A stretch of 57,351 nt of DNA from an uncultured Eubacterium sp. (GTDB lineage Bacteria > Bacillota > Clostridia > Lachnospirales > Lachnospiraceae): contig CAJOPA010000084.1 in NCBI GenBank assembly GCA_905236235.1, positions 1 through 57,351 on the forward strand, read 5' to 3'. Positions 1 through 10,751 of this stretch are shown one piece after another. Position numbers and translations under genes: made by a program. The notes beneath the pieces were generated by a model that was given only the letters and a program-made list of their open reading frames with translations, searched no databases and was not told where the DNA came from. Numbering within the stretch: the stretch's first letter is position 1; each line of letters begins with the position of its first letter.

Positions 1-1275
1 AAAGGAAAAGATCAAAACAACCCGGATGTGATCATTATCGGTGCCGGTGCGGCCGGACTGTTTGCCGCGAAAATCCTATCCGAAAACGGATTGGCAACCA
101 CGGTTTTGGAGAGGAATCCCAAGGCCGGCAAGAAGCTGCTCATGACAGGAAACGGCAAAGGGAATCTTACCAATCTGTATTGGGACGAGACCTGTTATCA
201 TTCCGAAGATGCAGACAGGGTAAAGCAGGTTTTGACCGATTTTTCTCCGATGGACACCATGGCGGCATTTGAAGCAATGGGGTGCATGCTTTATGAAAGA
301 GACGGCTATGTTTACCCCGTTACCAACCAGGCGCAGACCTTAAGAGATCTGCTTGTATATAATTGTCAAAAAAACGGCGGCGTATTTTCTTACGACACGT
401 TCGTAACGGATATTCATCGGGAAAAGAACGGCTTTGTTGTGCAATGTGAACATGATATTTTCAAAGCACCCGTCGTTCTCTTGTCAAGCGGCGGAAAATC
501 TTATCCAAAGACCGGCAGTGATGGTAGTATGTATAGCATAGTAGGAGGCTTCGGGCATAAGATAAGGCCACCGCAACCTGCCTTGTGCGGTTTGTGTGTC
601 ACGGATGGGCACCTAAAGATCGCGGACGGCGTTCGTGTAACGGGAAAGGTGTCCCTTAATGTAAACGGTACCTTTTTGGAAGAGTACGAAGGTGAATTGC
701 AGATCCATAAGGATTTTATCTCCGGCATTCCCATCATGTGTTTAAGTTCTCCGGCATGCCGTGCGATCGCCGATAAGAAAGAAGTGCGATTGCACATCGA
801 TCTGATGACGGGATATACTTTAAAGGAGCTTACGGCTTTTTTGCTTGAAAGAAAACAATTTTTCTCTGCGCCCGGGACAACCTTCGGAGATTATGTTTCC
901 GGTTTGTTGCATTATAAAATCATGAGCTACCTTGCATTGCATTGTGGTGTTTCCAATGCGGATAGATTGAAAGAACTTCCGGATGCCGTCTTTGAGAAAC
1001 TTGCAAAAGAGTTGAAGGATCTTACTTTTGCGGTTACGAAAGGAAAGGACTATGACTCTGCGCAGACAACTTCCGGTGGCGTCTTGCTTCATGAAGTTAA
1101 TGATACCATGGAATCCGTAAAAGTCCCCGGGCTGTATTTTGCCGGTGAGATCCTTGATGCGGACGGGATCTGCGGCGGATACAATCTGCAATGGGCATTT
1201 TCCACGGCGTCTCTTGCCGCCAAAGGAATCATTCATAAGGCGCAGACAGGTTCGTTATATACGCAGATCTTATAG
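1..1275 (+). CDS. FAD/NAD(P)-binding flavoprotein, HI0933/BaiN-like family (5' end may lie outside the window)
   Basis: The frame is open from nt 1. The only in-window start is GTG at 28, which would begin inside the Rossmann beta1 strand (..PDVIIIGAGAAGLFAAKIL). The C-terminal GEILDADGICGGYNLQWAFSTA is typical of this family. Confidence 0.8.
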   Translation, partial: KGKDQNNPDVIIIGAGAAGLFAAKILSENGLATTVLERNPKAGKKLLMTGNGKGNLTNLYWDETCYHSEDADRVKQVLTDFSPMDTMAAFEAMGCMLYERDGYVYPVTNQAQTLRDLLVYNCQKNGGVFSYDTFVTDIHREKNGFVVQCEHDIFKAPVVLLSSGGKSYPKTGSDGSMYSIVGGFGHKIRPPQPALCGLCVTDGHLKIADGVRVTGKVSLNVNGTFLEEYEGELQIHKDFISGIPIMCLSSPACRAIADKKEVRLHIDLMTGYTLKELTAFLLERKQFFSAPGTTFGDYVSGLLHYKIMSYLALHCGVSNADRLKELPDAVFEKLAKELKDLTFAVTKGKDYDSAQTTSGGVLLHEVNDTMESVKVPGLYFAGEILDADGICGGYNLQWAFSTASLAAKGIIHKAQTGSLYTQIL

Positions 1276-1284
1276 GAGGCAGGT

Positions 1285-2868
1285 ATGTTTCGATTGCATA
1301 ATGTGAAAATGAGATTCGGAACTCCCCAAGAGAAACTGATTACTTTTTGTGCCTCCAAATTGCATATCCTGCCGGAGCAGATCACGTCACTAAGGGTCGT
1401 CAGGAGATCCATGGATGTCCGCAATAAACCGGACATCTTTGAGGTTTATACCGTAGAGCTCAGTGTCAAAAACGAACAGCAGCTCTTAAAGCGCAGAAAT
1501 CGCGATGTCGTGCCTTGTGATGATCGTCCCTATCGATTTTGCGTGAGCGGAACGCGCAAATTAGACGTCCCGCCCATGATTATCGGCGCCGGGCCGGCCG
1601 GACTTTTTTGTGCTTTGGAACTGGCGCGTCACGGTTATCATCCCGTGATCATCGAACGCGGCAAACCCGTAGATGAAAGAAAAAGAGACGTGGATGCCTT
1701 TTGGCAGAGGGGTATCCTTCGGGAAGACAGCAATATTCAGTTCGGAGAGGGCGGCGCCGGCACGTTTTCGGACGGCAAACTCAACACCGTTGTCAAAGAT
1801 CCTTGCGGTCGCAATCGCAAGGTGCTGGAAGAATTTGTAAAGTTCGGCGCGAAAGAGGAGATCCTTTATGATGCCAGGCCGCACGTGGGAACCGATGTGC
1901 TCGTCCCCGTCATCAAAGCTATGCGCAAAGAGATCCTTTCCTTAGGTGGAAGCTTTCGGTTTTCTCAGACCATGACCGATCTGACCTTTGTAAACGGAAA
2001 GGTAAAGAGCATCACCTTGTCTAGCGGAGAGGTTCTTCCCTGCGAAGTTTTGATCCTTGCGATCGGAAACAGCGCAAGGGATACATTTCGCAGATTATAT
2101 AAGGCCGGCGTACCCATGGAAGCCAAGTCCTTGGCCGTGGGATTTCGCGTGGAGCATTTGCAGGATTGGGTCAACCGCAGCATGTACGGAGAATTCTATT
2201 CCAAACAATTGCCCCCGGCGGCCTATCGCCTGACAGCAAAAACCCCCTCGGGTAGGGGCGTGTATTCGTTTTGCATGTGTCCGGGAGGCTATGTCGTCAA
2301 TGCATCCTCCATACGTGAAACATGTGCTGTCAACGGTATGAGCTACTCCTTAAGAAACGGTACCAATGCCAACAGCGCCATTGTTGTCACGGTAGGTCCC
2401 CAGGATTTCGGCTCCACGGAGCCATTGGCCGGGATCACCTTCCAGGATCGGATCGAGCAGGCCGCTTATAAGGCAGGGCATGGGCTGATCCCGCAGACGA
2501 CGCTGCGCGATTATAAACTTGGGATCTCCACCAATTATCGCAGTCCCTACGAGAGTCAGTTGCGCGGTCAAGGTGTCAACACGGATGTGAGCGAAATCTA
2601 TCCTTCCTTCATCAAGGAAGCTTTTTTACAAGGCATGTCTCATTTTGATAAGATTATGCCCGGATTTGCATCGGATGATGTGATCCTGTCCGGTGTGGAG
2701 ACCAGAACCTCCTCACCGGTACGCATCCTTCGTAATGACGTATGTCAAAGTCAGATCGAAGGAATTTATCCCTGCGGAGAAGGCGCCGGTTATGCCGGCG
2801 GTATCGTTTCTTCGGCCATAGACGGACTGCGTGTGGCGCAGGCTGTTGCCGAGGTATTCTGTCCGTAG
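1285..2868 (+). CDS. FAD-dependent oxidoreductase, uncharacterised (COG2509-like)
   Basis: 527 aa. Internal dinucleotide-binding motif MIIGAGPAGLFCALELARHG..IIERG, then GEGGAGTFSDGKL and C-terminal CGEGAGYAGGIVSSAIDG. An AGGAGG-like RBS lies before the ATG. Confidence 0.75.
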   Translation: MFRLHNVKMRFGTPQEKLITFCASKLHILPEQITSLRVVRRSMDVRNKPDIFEVYTVELSVKNEQQLLKRRNRDVVPCDDRPYRFCVSGTRKLDVPPMIIGAGPAGLFCALELARHGYHPVIIERGKPVDERKRDVDAFWQRGILREDSNIQFGEGGAGTFSDGKLNTVVKDPCGRNRKVLEEFVKFGAKEEILYDARPHVGTDVLVPVIKAMRKEILSLGGSFRFSQTMTDLTFVNGKVKSITLSSGEVLPCEVLILAIGNSARDTFRRLYKAGVPMEAKSLAVGFRVEHLQDWVNRSMYGEFYSKQLPPAAYRLTAKTPSGRGVYSFCMCPGGYVVNASSIRETCAVNGMSYSLRNGTNANSAIVVTVGPQDFGSTEPLAGITFQDRIEQAAYKAGHGLIPQTTLRDYKLGISTNYRSPYESQLRGQGVNTDVSEIYPSFIKEAFLQGMSHFDKIMPGFASDDVILSGVETRTSSPVRILRNDVCQSQIEGIYPCGEGAGYAGGIVSSAIDGLRVAQAVAEVFCP

Positions 2869-2883
2869 GAAACGGAGGAAATC

Positions 2884-5502
2884 ATGGCAGAATATACACC
2901 AATGATGCAGCAATATCTTGCTACAAAAAAAGATTACCCGGACACGATTCTATTTTATCGTCTGGGTGATTTTTATGAAATGTTTTTTGAGGATGCCGTT
3001 TTGGTATCCAAGGAGTTGGAATTAACACTGACCGGTAAAAGCTGCGGTATGCCGGAGCGTGCGCCCATGTGCGGCGTTCCTTATCATGCATATGAAACCT
3101 ATGCTAATCGGCTGATCGCCAAAGGATATAAAGTTGCCATCTGCGAGCAGGTAGAAGATCCCAAACTTGCCAAAGGCCTTGTCAAACGTGAGGTTGTAAG
3201 AATCATTACACCCGGCACCAATATGAGTGCCACGGCGCTCGATGCCGGTCAATCCAACTACATCTGTTGCGTTTACGAGGAAAAGGGGCGTTACGCCCTC
3301 GCTTTTTGTGAACTTTCCACAGGCTATCTTGCCGTATGCGAACTGCCGTCTGCAGAGGAGGCCTATGATGAGATCGAACGATTTCATCCTTCTGAGATCC
3401 TTTATGAAGAAATGGCGATCGGGATCAAAGACTATATCGACAATGCAAATCGCAGAAATCCTATGGCATCCACGGCATTGAGATCAACGTATTTTCATAA
3501 AAGCACCTGTTTTGAAATCCTGTGCCGACATTTTCATGTGCAGTCCTTAAACGGCCTGGGGCTTCATGATTTTCCGCTGACGGTTGTAAGCTGCGGCGCG
3601 CTTTTGGGGTATCTTAAAGAAACGCAAAAAAATGATTTTGAGAATATTCTCGAGATCCATCCCTATACGCGGGGCTCTTTTATGATCCTCGATTCCCAGA
3701 CCAGAAGGAATCTGGAACTGACCGAGACGATGCGGGATAAAAACCGGATCGGTTCCCTTTTGTGGGTTTTGGATAAGACCAAGACCGCCATGGGTGCCAG
3801 AAGGCTGAAAAATTTGATTTTACAGCCGTTTTTGGATGTCAATGAGATCGTTGTAAGACAGGATGCCGTGGCCGAGCTGATCGAGCAACTTGTCTCCAGG
3901 GAAGAATTACGGGAGTATCTGCAGCCGGTCTACGATCTGGAGCGCCTCATGGGAAGGATCACCTACCAGAATGCCAATCCCAGGGATCTGCTTTCGTTTG
4001 CGTCCTCTTTAAGGATGCTTCCTCCCATTATCTCCATCCTTCGGGATTTTCACAGTGAAAAGCTGCTTTTTCTTGCGGAAAACATGGATCCTTTGACGGA
4101 TCTTTGCGATCTGATCTTGCAGTCCATCGATGAAGAAGCGCCGCTTACCGTTCGGGAAGGCAATATCATCAAAACAGGATTTCATCCGCAGGTGGATGAG
4201 CTTCGCAGCCTGCAAAAGGATGCGAAGAGCTATCTTTCGGCCATTGAAGAAGAGGAAAAGGAGAGAACCGGGATCAAAAATCTGCGCATCCGTTACAACA
4301 AGGTCTTCGGGTACTATTTGGAAGTGACCAATTCCTACCTTTCCCTGGTGCCGGAGGATTATATTCGCAAGCAGACCTTAACCAACGCGGAGCGCTTCAT
4401 CACGCCCAAGCTCAAGGAGTTGGAAGACAAGATCTTAAGTGCCGAAGAACGTCTTTGGCAGTTGGAATATGAACTGTTTTGCAATGTCCGTGATACCATC
4501 GCCAAGGAAGTGATCCGTATCGAAAAAACGGCGCATCAGATCGCGGATCTGGATGTTTTTCTTTCTTTGGCCCATGTAGCGGATAAAAATCACTATATCC
4601 GTCCGCAGGTGGACCGGGAAGATCGGATCAGTGTGGAAGGCGGACGTCATCCTGTCGTGGAACAGATGACGGATGCTCCGTTTATTGACAATCCTGTGCT
4701 TTTGGACGAGAATGAGAATCGCATCAATATCATTACCGGCCCCAATATGGCCGGCAAGTCCACCTATATGCGACAGGTGGCTTTGCTCTGCCTGATGGCG
4801 CAGATCGGCAGTTATGTCCCCGCCACATCGGCAAAAATCGGGATCTGCGACAGGATCTTTACCCGCGTGGGCGCATCAGACGATCTTGCCACGGGGCAGA
4901 GTACCTTTATGATGGAAATGAATGAAGTGGCCAATATTTTGCGCAATGCCACCAAAAACAGTCTCATCATCCTGGATGAGATCGGACGCGGCACCAGCAC
5001 CTATGACGGTCTTGCGATCGCTTGGGCGGTGATCGAACATATCTCCACGACTCCGCGTATTTGTGCAAAGACCCTGTTTGCAACGCATTATCATGAACTT
5101 ACGCAATTAGAGGGGAGGATTCCCCATATCAAAAACTATCGCATTGCGGTCAGAGAGGAAGGGGAAGATGTCGTATTTTTAAGAAAGATCGTCCCCGGAG
5201 GCGCAGATAAGAGCTACGGCATCCAGGTGGCGAAGTTGGCCGGTGTTCCCGCAGATGTGATCCATCGTGCCAAGGAGATCGCCTTGGAGATCTCCGAACA
5301 AAAGGAAGATGCCGGAGACGCAAACGATGCCATGTATGTGGATGAAACGTCCATCGGCGCACTGGCATCGAAACGGAAAGAAGAAAACAGCGGACAGGAA
5401 AAACTGCTTCGCAGATTGCGGGAGCTGTCTCCCGAAGATTTGTCTCCGCTGGAAGCTTTGCATATTGTTTATGAATTAAAGGATATGGCTGAAAATGAAT
5501 GA
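2884..5502 (+). CDS. mutS: DNA mismatch repair protein MutS
   Basis: 872 aa. N-terminal TPMMQQYL..YPD..LFYRLGDFYEMFFEDA, Walker A GPNMAGKSTYMRQ, and ILDEIGRGTSTYDG. Confidence 0.97.
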   Translation: MAEYTPMMQQYLATKKDYPDTILFYRLGDFYEMFFEDAVLVSKELELTLTGKSCGMPERAPMCGVPYHAYETYANRLIAKGYKVAICEQVEDPKLAKGLVKREVVRIITPGTNMSATALDAGQSNYICCVYEEKGRYALAFCELSTGYLAVCELPSAEEAYDEIERFHPSEILYEEMAIGIKDYIDNANRRNPMASTALRSTYFHKSTCFEILCRHFHVQSLNGLGLHDFPLTVVSCGALLGYLKETQKNDFENILEIHPYTRGSFMILDSQTRRNLELTETMRDKNRIGSLLWVLDKTKTAMGARRLKNLILQPFLDVNEIVVRQDAVAELIEQLVSREELREYLQPVYDLERLMGRITYQNANPRDLLSFASSLRMLPPIISILRDFHSEKLLFLAENMDPLTDLCDLILQSIDEEAPLTVREGNIIKTGFHPQVDELRSLQKDAKSYLSAIEEEEKERTGIKNLRIRYNKVFGYYLEVTNSYLSLVPEDYIRKQTLTNAERFITPKLKELEDKILSAEERLWQLEYELFCNVRDTIAKEVIRIEKTAHQIADLDVFLSLAHVADKNHYIRPQVDREDRISVEGGRHPVVEQMTDAPFIDNPVLLDENENRINIITGPNMAGKSTYMRQVALLCLMAQIGSYVPATSAKIGICDRIFTRVGASDDLATGQSTFMMEMNEVANILRNATKNSLIILDEIGRGTSTYDGLAIAWAVIEHISTTPRICAKTLFATHYHELTQLEGRIPHIKNYRIAVREEGEDVVFLRKIVPGGADKSYGIQVAKLAGVPADVIHRAKEIALEISEQKEDAGDANDAMYVDETSIGALASKRKEENSGQEKLLRRLRELSPEDLSPLEALHIVYELKDMAENE

Positions 5503-7372
5503 GATTCAGATCTTAAATCAGGAAACCATTGATCAGATTGCGGCCGGAGAAGTGATCGAACGGCCCTATTCCGTTGTGAAGGAGCTTGTGGAGAATGCCA
5601 TGGATGCCGGTGCGAACGCGATCAGCGTGGAGATCAAAGGCGGCGGCAAGGAGCTCATCCGGGTGACCGATAACGGATCCGGGATCGCCAAGAATATGCT
5701 CTCGGTGGCTTTTTTAAGGCATGCGACCAGCAAATTGCGCCATGCAGAGGAATTAAGTCACATCAAAACCTTGGGATTTCGCGGTGAGGCGCTTTCAAGT
5801 ATTGCGGCCGTATCCCGTACGGAATGCATGACAAAGACCGAAGGCGAACTGATGGGTACACGGTACCTGATCGAAGGCGGCAGGGAAGCAGGCATGGAAA
5901 CCGTCGGCGTACCGAACGGTACGACGTTTCTGGTTAAAGATCTTTTTTACAATACGCCGGTCCGATTGCAATTTTTAAAATCCGACGTTACGGAAGGAAA
6001 CTACATAAACAGTCTGATGGAGCAACTGGCGCTTTCCCATCCGGAAGTCTCCTTCAGTCTGATTGTAAACGGCCGGCAAAAGCTCCATACCTCAGGAAAC
6101 GGAAGTCTGAAGGATGTGATCTATCAGATCTACGGAAGGGATATCTACCGCGAACTTGTGGAAGTGGAGCATACGGGAAACGGTATCGGCATCCGGGGTT
6201 ATGTCGCAAAGCCTGCGATCTCCCGTGGCAATCGCAATTACGAATGCTTTTTTGTAAACGGCCGCATGGTGGAGGACAAGATCCTAAGCAAAGCCGTGGA
6301 AGCCGTGTATCACGATCATACATATCTGATGCAACATCAGTTTCCGATGGTCTTTTTGTGTGTGGACACGGATCTCGACGGCTATGTGGACGTCAATGTC
6401 CATCCCACCAAGAGGGAAGTCCGGTTTGCCAACGGCTCCATGATCCATGATCTTGTTTACCGGGCGGTGGAAGAGGCATTAACTCCCAAGGATCTGGTTC
6501 CCGAGGTTTCGGAACCTAAGATACGCACGTCATTTGAAACTCCTGTACGTACTTCATCGGGCGCCGATAAAAGCAGTCAAACGATGCAACGTTTTCCGCA
6601 GCCTTTTGAGCGTGAAAGTCTTTTAAAGATCCAAAAGGAGATCGCTGCGGATACGCCGTATGAGCCGAAGTTTTCCGACAAAAAGCCTGTGATTCATGCG
6701 CCGATCGGACATCCGGATCAACGTCCGCCTGCCCTTCCCAAAACGGAACAGATGAAGATCACGGACTATATGGATGTACCCGCGACGGAAGTCAAGTATT
6801 TTCAATATATCGGGCAGGTGATGGCGACATATCTCATCTGTGAATACGATCATCATCTGTATATCGTTGACCAGCATGCGGCGCATGAAAAAGTTAATTA
6901 CGAGAAATTCATGCAGCGTTTTGAAAATAAGGATTTTGAATCGCAGATGATCACGCCGACCATTGTTTTAACCTTAACCGCAAGAGAAGAAGAGATCTAT
7001 CTGCAACATCAGGATATCTTCCGCGCATTTGCATTTGAGATCGAAGCCATGGGCGGAAGAGATTATGGGATCTATGCGGTTCCTACGGATCTCTACGGGT
7101 TTTTGCCGGAGGAATTTTTCCGTGCTTTGGTGGATGAATTTGATGAAGGAAAAAGCAGGGATACAGCGCCGGATATCATCGCGCAAAGGATCGCTACCGC
7201 CGCGTGTAAGGCAAGCGTCAAAGGACATGATGTATTAAGCGCAAGAGAAGCCGAAGACTTGTTACGACAGCTTTTTGCTTTAAAGGATCCCTACCATTGT
7301 CCGCATGGAAGACCGACCATGATCTCCATGTCCCAGACGGAATTGGAAAAGAAATTTCACCGTATCGTATAG
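5495..7372 (+). CDS. mutL: DNA mismatch repair endonuclease MutL
   Basis: 625 aa and overlaps the mutS stop by 8 nt. GHKL ATPase N-terminus (QIAAGEVIERP..ELVENAMDAG). The C-terminal endonuclease motif DQHAAHEKVNYE is present. Confidence 0.95.
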   Translation: MNEIQILNQETIDQIAAGEVIERPYSVVKELVENAMDAGANAISVEIKGGGKELIRVTDNGSGIAKNMLSVAFLRHATSKLRHAEELSHIKTLGFRGEALSSIAAVSRTECMTKTEGELMGTRYLIEGGREAGMETVGVPNGTTFLVKDLFYNTPVRLQFLKSDVTEGNYINSLMEQLALSHPEVSFSLIVNGRQKLHTSGNGSLKDVIYQIYGRDIYRELVEVEHTGNGIGIRGYVAKPAISRGNRNYECFFVNGRMVEDKILSKAVEAVYHDHTYLMQHQFPMVFLCVDTDLDGYVDVNVHPTKREVRFANGSMIHDLVYRAVEEALTPKDLVPEVSEPKIRTSFETPVRTSSGADKSSQTMQRFPQPFERESLLKIQKEIAADTPYEPKFSDKKPVIHAPIGHPDQRPPALPKTEQMKITDYMDVPATEVKYFQYIGQVMATYLICEYDHHLYIVDQHAAHEKVNYEKFMQRFENKDFESQMITPTIVLTLTAREEEIYLQHQDIFRAFAFEIEAMGGRDYGIYAVPTDLYGFLPEEFFRALVDEFDEGKSRDTAPDIIAQRIATAACKASVKGHDVLSAREAEDLLRQLFALKDPYHCPHGRPTMISMSQTELEKKFHRIV

Positions 7373-7395
7373 GAAGAGGTTAGGAAGACAATACC

Positions 7396-8349
7396 ATGAC
7401 GAATGTACAACCGCTGATCATAATCGCCGGTCCGACCGCATCCGGGAAAAGCGCTCTGGCGGTAGAGCTTGCCAAACGCCTTCCCGCGGAGATCATAAGC
7501 GCCGACTCCATACAGGTTTACCGCCATATGGACATCGGTTCCGCAAAGATCACGCCGGAGGAAATGCAAGGGATCCCGCACCATCTGATCGATGTCCTTG
7601 ATCCCGACGAGGAATTCAATGTCGTCGTCTTTCAGCAAATGGCCAAAGAAGCGTATCTGCAGATTCGAAGCCGCCACAAGATCCCCATGGTGGTGGGCGG
7701 TACCGGGTTTTATATCCAGGCGCTTTTATACGATATTGATTTTGAGTCGGAAGACGAGAATACCGAGATCAGAGAACGCCTCGAAAGACAAGCCGATACG
7801 GAAGGCATCGAGGCGCTCTATGCGCTGTTAAGAGAGAAGGATCCCAATGCATGTTTACAGATCCACCCGCACAATCGCAAGCGTGTGATCCGCGCCTTGG
7901 AATTTTACGAAAAAAACGACTATCCCATTTCCGAGCACAACGAAAAGATGCGGCAAAAGGAAAGCCCCTACAATTATTTGTATTTTGCCCTGGAGGATGC
8001 CAGAGAAGATATCTATCAAAGGATCGAACAAAGAGTGGATCAGATGATGGCGCAGGGGCTTGTGGATGAGGTTGAAAATCTTCTTGCATCCGGATACGAC
8101 CGGCACTTGGTGTCCATGCAGGGACTCGGCTACAAGGAGATCTGCGCATATCTTGCAGGAGAGCTTTCCCTTGCTGAGGCGATCGATCTTATCAAGAAAG
8201 AAACGCGCCATTTTGCCAAAAGACAGATCACATGGTTAAAACGCGAACCGGATGTGATAAGGCTACCCCGTCCGAAAGACGCAAACGAGACAGAAGCTTT
8301 GTGTCAAAAAATGCTGCAAATGATAAAAGATAAAGGAATCACCCCATGA
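7396..8349 (+). CDS. miaA: tRNA dimethylallyltransferase MiaA
   Basis: 317 aa. P-loop GPTASGKSALA, ADSIQVYRHMDIGSAKIT, and IPHHLID. Confidence 0.95.
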   Translation: MTNVQPLIIIAGPTASGKSALAVELAKRLPAEIISADSIQVYRHMDIGSAKITPEEMQGIPHHLIDVLDPDEEFNVVVFQQMAKEAYLQIRSRHKIPMVVGGTGFYIQALLYDIDFESEDENTEIRERLERQADTEGIEALYALLREKDPNACLQIHPHNRKRVIRALEFYEKNDYPISEHNEKMRQKESPYNYLYFALEDAREDIYQRIEQRVDQMMAQGLVDEVENLLASGYDRHLVSMQGLGYKEICAYLAGELSLAEAIDLIKKETRHFAKRQITWLKREPDVIRLPRPKDANETEALCQKMLQMIKDKGITP

Positions 8350-9629
8350 CAAAACAGGATTATTATGAACAATTCGGCATTTCTCCCAAGATTTACAACC
8401 TCGGTGAGGAGTGCCTTGCACTTTGCAAAGACAAACTCGAAAAAGCGGACAGTATCGCGGAGATCAACCAGTGCAAAGTCATTTCCGCCATGAAAGAGCA
8501 CCGCGTCAACAACGGATGTTTCATGCAGACCAATGGCTATGGTTATGACGATCTTGGAAGAGATACCTTGGAAAAAGTCTATGCCTCCGTTTTTCATACG
8601 GAGGATGCATTGGTGCGCCCGCAGATCACTTGCGGAACCCACGCATTGCAACTCGCACTGTTTTCCAATCTGCGACCCGGCGATGAGCTCTATGCTCCTG
8701 CGGGAAAGCCGTATGACACCTTAGAGGAAGTGATCGGGATCCGCCCGTCGAAGGGGTCGCTTGCGGAATACGGTATCACCTATCGACAGACGGACCTTCT
8801 TCCTGACGGCTCATTTGATTACGGGGAGATCCGCAAAAATATCCGCCCCAACACCAAAATGATCACGATCCAGCGTTCCAAGGGATATCAGGTGCGTCCT
8901 TCCTTTTCCGTAGGGCAGATCGGAGAGCTGATCTCCTTTATCCGCGAGATCAAACCGGATGTCATCATCATGGTTGACAACTGCTACGGAGAATTCGTGG
9001 AAGAAATCGAACCCTCGGATGTGGGAGCCGATCTTGTGGTGGGATCGCTCATCAAAAACCCCGGCGGAGGCTTGGCACCCATCGGCGGATATCTGTGCGG
9101 AACCAAGGAGTGCATCGAAAATGCCGCCTATCGCCTGACATCTCCCGGCCTCGGAAAAGAAGTCGGCGCCTCCTTGGGCGTATTGCAAGAATTTTACCAG
9201 GGATTTTTCCTTGCACCAACGGTGGTTGCCTCTGCGGTAAAGACCGCGATTTTTGCTGCCTGTGTCTTTGAAAAACTAGGGTTCCCTGTTCTTCCGAGAT
9301 GGAAGGAAGATCGCGCGGATATCATTCAATCCGTTACCTTGCGTACCCCGGAAGCGCTCAATGCTTTTTGTGCCGGGATCCAGTATGCCTCCGCTGTCGA
9401 CGGATACGTGACGCCGGAAGCATGGGATATGCCGGGGTATGACAGCCCCGTGATCATGGCTGCGGGCGCTTTTGTGTCCGGATCCTCCATCGAGCTGTCC
9501 GCCGACGGCCCCATGCGGGAGCCCTATGCCGCCTATATGCAGGGAGCGCTGACGTTTTCCCACGGAAAACTGGGTGTATTGTCCGCAGCGCAAATGCTTT
9601 TGTCCCGGGGATTGATCAATCTCGAATAG
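8346..9629 (+). CDS. ynbB: PLP-dependent YnbB / aluminium-resistance-family protein (methionine gamma-lyase-like fold)
   Basis: 427 aa with a 4-nt overlap onto the miaA stop. Family-typical GYGYDDLGRDTLEKVYA..FHTEDALVRPQ..GTHA and SLIKNPGGG (putative PLP lysine). Confidence 0.8.
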   Translation: MTKQDYYEQFGISPKIYNLGEECLALCKDKLEKADSIAEINQCKVISAMKEHRVNNGCFMQTNGYGYDDLGRDTLEKVYASVFHTEDALVRPQITCGTHALQLALFSNLRPGDELYAPAGKPYDTLEEVIGIRPSKGSLAEYGITYRQTDLLPDGSFDYGEIRKNIRPNTKMITIQRSKGYQVRPSFSVGQIGELISFIREIKPDVIIMVDNCYGEFVEEIEPSDVGADLVVGSLIKNPGGGLAPIGGYLCGTKECIENAAYRLTSPGLGKEVGASLGVLQEFYQGFFLAPTVVASAVKTAIFAACVFEKLGFPVLPRWKEDRADIIQSVTLRTPEALNAFCAGIQYASAVDGYVTPEAWDMPGYDSPVIMAAGAFVSGSSIELSADGPMREPYAAYMQGALTFSHGKLGVLSAAQMLLSRGLINLE

Positions 9630-9653
9630 AAGAGGAAAAGTTCGCATCGTTTC

Positions 9654-9682
9654 TATACATCATATCGGAAATATGGTAAAAT
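9654..9682 (+). promoter_or_regulatory. Candidate extended -10 promoter for mreBCD
   Basis: TGgTAAAAT at 9674-9682 (TGn plus TAAAAT). A weak -35 TATACA lies 17 nt upstream, about 42 nt from the mreB ATG. Confidence 0.35.
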
Positions 9683-9723
9683 ACTAAGAACGCTTATCGG
9701 ATAAGAAAGGATGAAAGCAAGCA

Positions 9724-10737
9724 ATGAACGGAACAGTGATCGGTATCGATCTTGGTACCTGCAATATTAAATTCAGCGGCAAACCCGGCCATCTCTTAAC
9801 CTACGAAAAGAACATCATCGCACTGGAGAACGGTCATTTATATGCCTATGGGGACGATGCTTTTGAGATGTATGAGAAGTCTCCGGACAATATCCTGGTT
9901 TCTTTTCCCATTCAAAGCGGAGTGATCGCGGATTACAACAATATGCAGCGCATGTTGAACCGTTTTCTTGAGAAATATTTTCGCAACAAATTAAAAGGAG
10001 CGACCGTACTGATCGCGGTTCCCACGGATATCACGGAAGTGGAGAAGCGTGCTTATTTTGATCTTGTGGATTCCAACAAATACAAGCTCGGTAATATATA
10101 TGCCTGTGAGAAGCCGATCGCTACGGCGGTTGGTTTGGGCTTGCCCATCAATGATGCAAGCGGTATGCTCATCTGCGATATCGGCGCGGACACCACGGAG
10201 ATTTCCGTGCTTTCGCTCGGTGGTATCGTGATCAGTCGCCTTTTAAAAGTTGGTGGTAATCATATGATCAATGCCATCGTTTCCGCCATCAAGACGGAGC
10301 ATTCCTTAGTGATCGGATATAAGACCGCCACCAATATCTTAAGTACCATCGGCTATGCGTGCGACGTGGAGGAGACCTCCATCAAGGTGGTCGGCCGCAA
10401 TATGCTGACGGGCTTCCCCTTCAGCGTGGAGATCGATTCCCAATTGGTTTATAACGCCATCCAATCCTACTTTAATCAGATCGTGGATTCGATCAAATTC
10501 ATTTTGGAGCGTACGCCGCCGGAATTGACTTCCGATATTATTGACAACGGCATTTATTTAAGCGGCGGGGTATCGCAGATCAACAATATCGCCAAGCTGA
10601 TCTCCAGGGAAGTAGAGCTTGATGTCAACATCAGCGAGCATCCCATAGAGAATATCGCCTTCGGCTTAAGTGCCATTGCCGATGACCCGCATTTGCTTAA
10701 CCTTATCACATTAAAAAAGGGAAAAGGAAAAAGATAG
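9724..10737 (+). CDS. mreB: MreB/Mbl-family actin-like rod-shape protein
   Basis: 337 aa. Actin-fold phosphate-1 motif IGIDLGTCN, DIGADTTEISV, and LSGGVSQI. It is followed directly by mreC and mreD. Confidence 0.8.
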   Translation: MNGTVIGIDLGTCNIKFSGKPGHLLTYEKNIIALENGHLYAYGDDAFEMYEKSPDNILVSFPIQSGVIADYNNMQRMLNRFLEKYFRNKLKGATVLIAVPTDITEVEKRAYFDLVDSNKYKLGNIYACEKPIATAVGLGLPINDASGMLICDIGADTTEISVLSLGGIVISRLLKVGGNHMINAIVSAIKTEHSLVIGYKTATNILSTIGYACDVEETSIKVVGRNMLTGFPFSVEIDSQLVYNAIQSYFNQIVDSIKFILERTPPELTSDIIDNGIYLSGGVSQINNIAKLISREVELDVNISEHPIENIAFGLSAIADDPHLLNLITLKKGKGKR

Positions 10738-10751
10738 ATTCCCGTTAATAT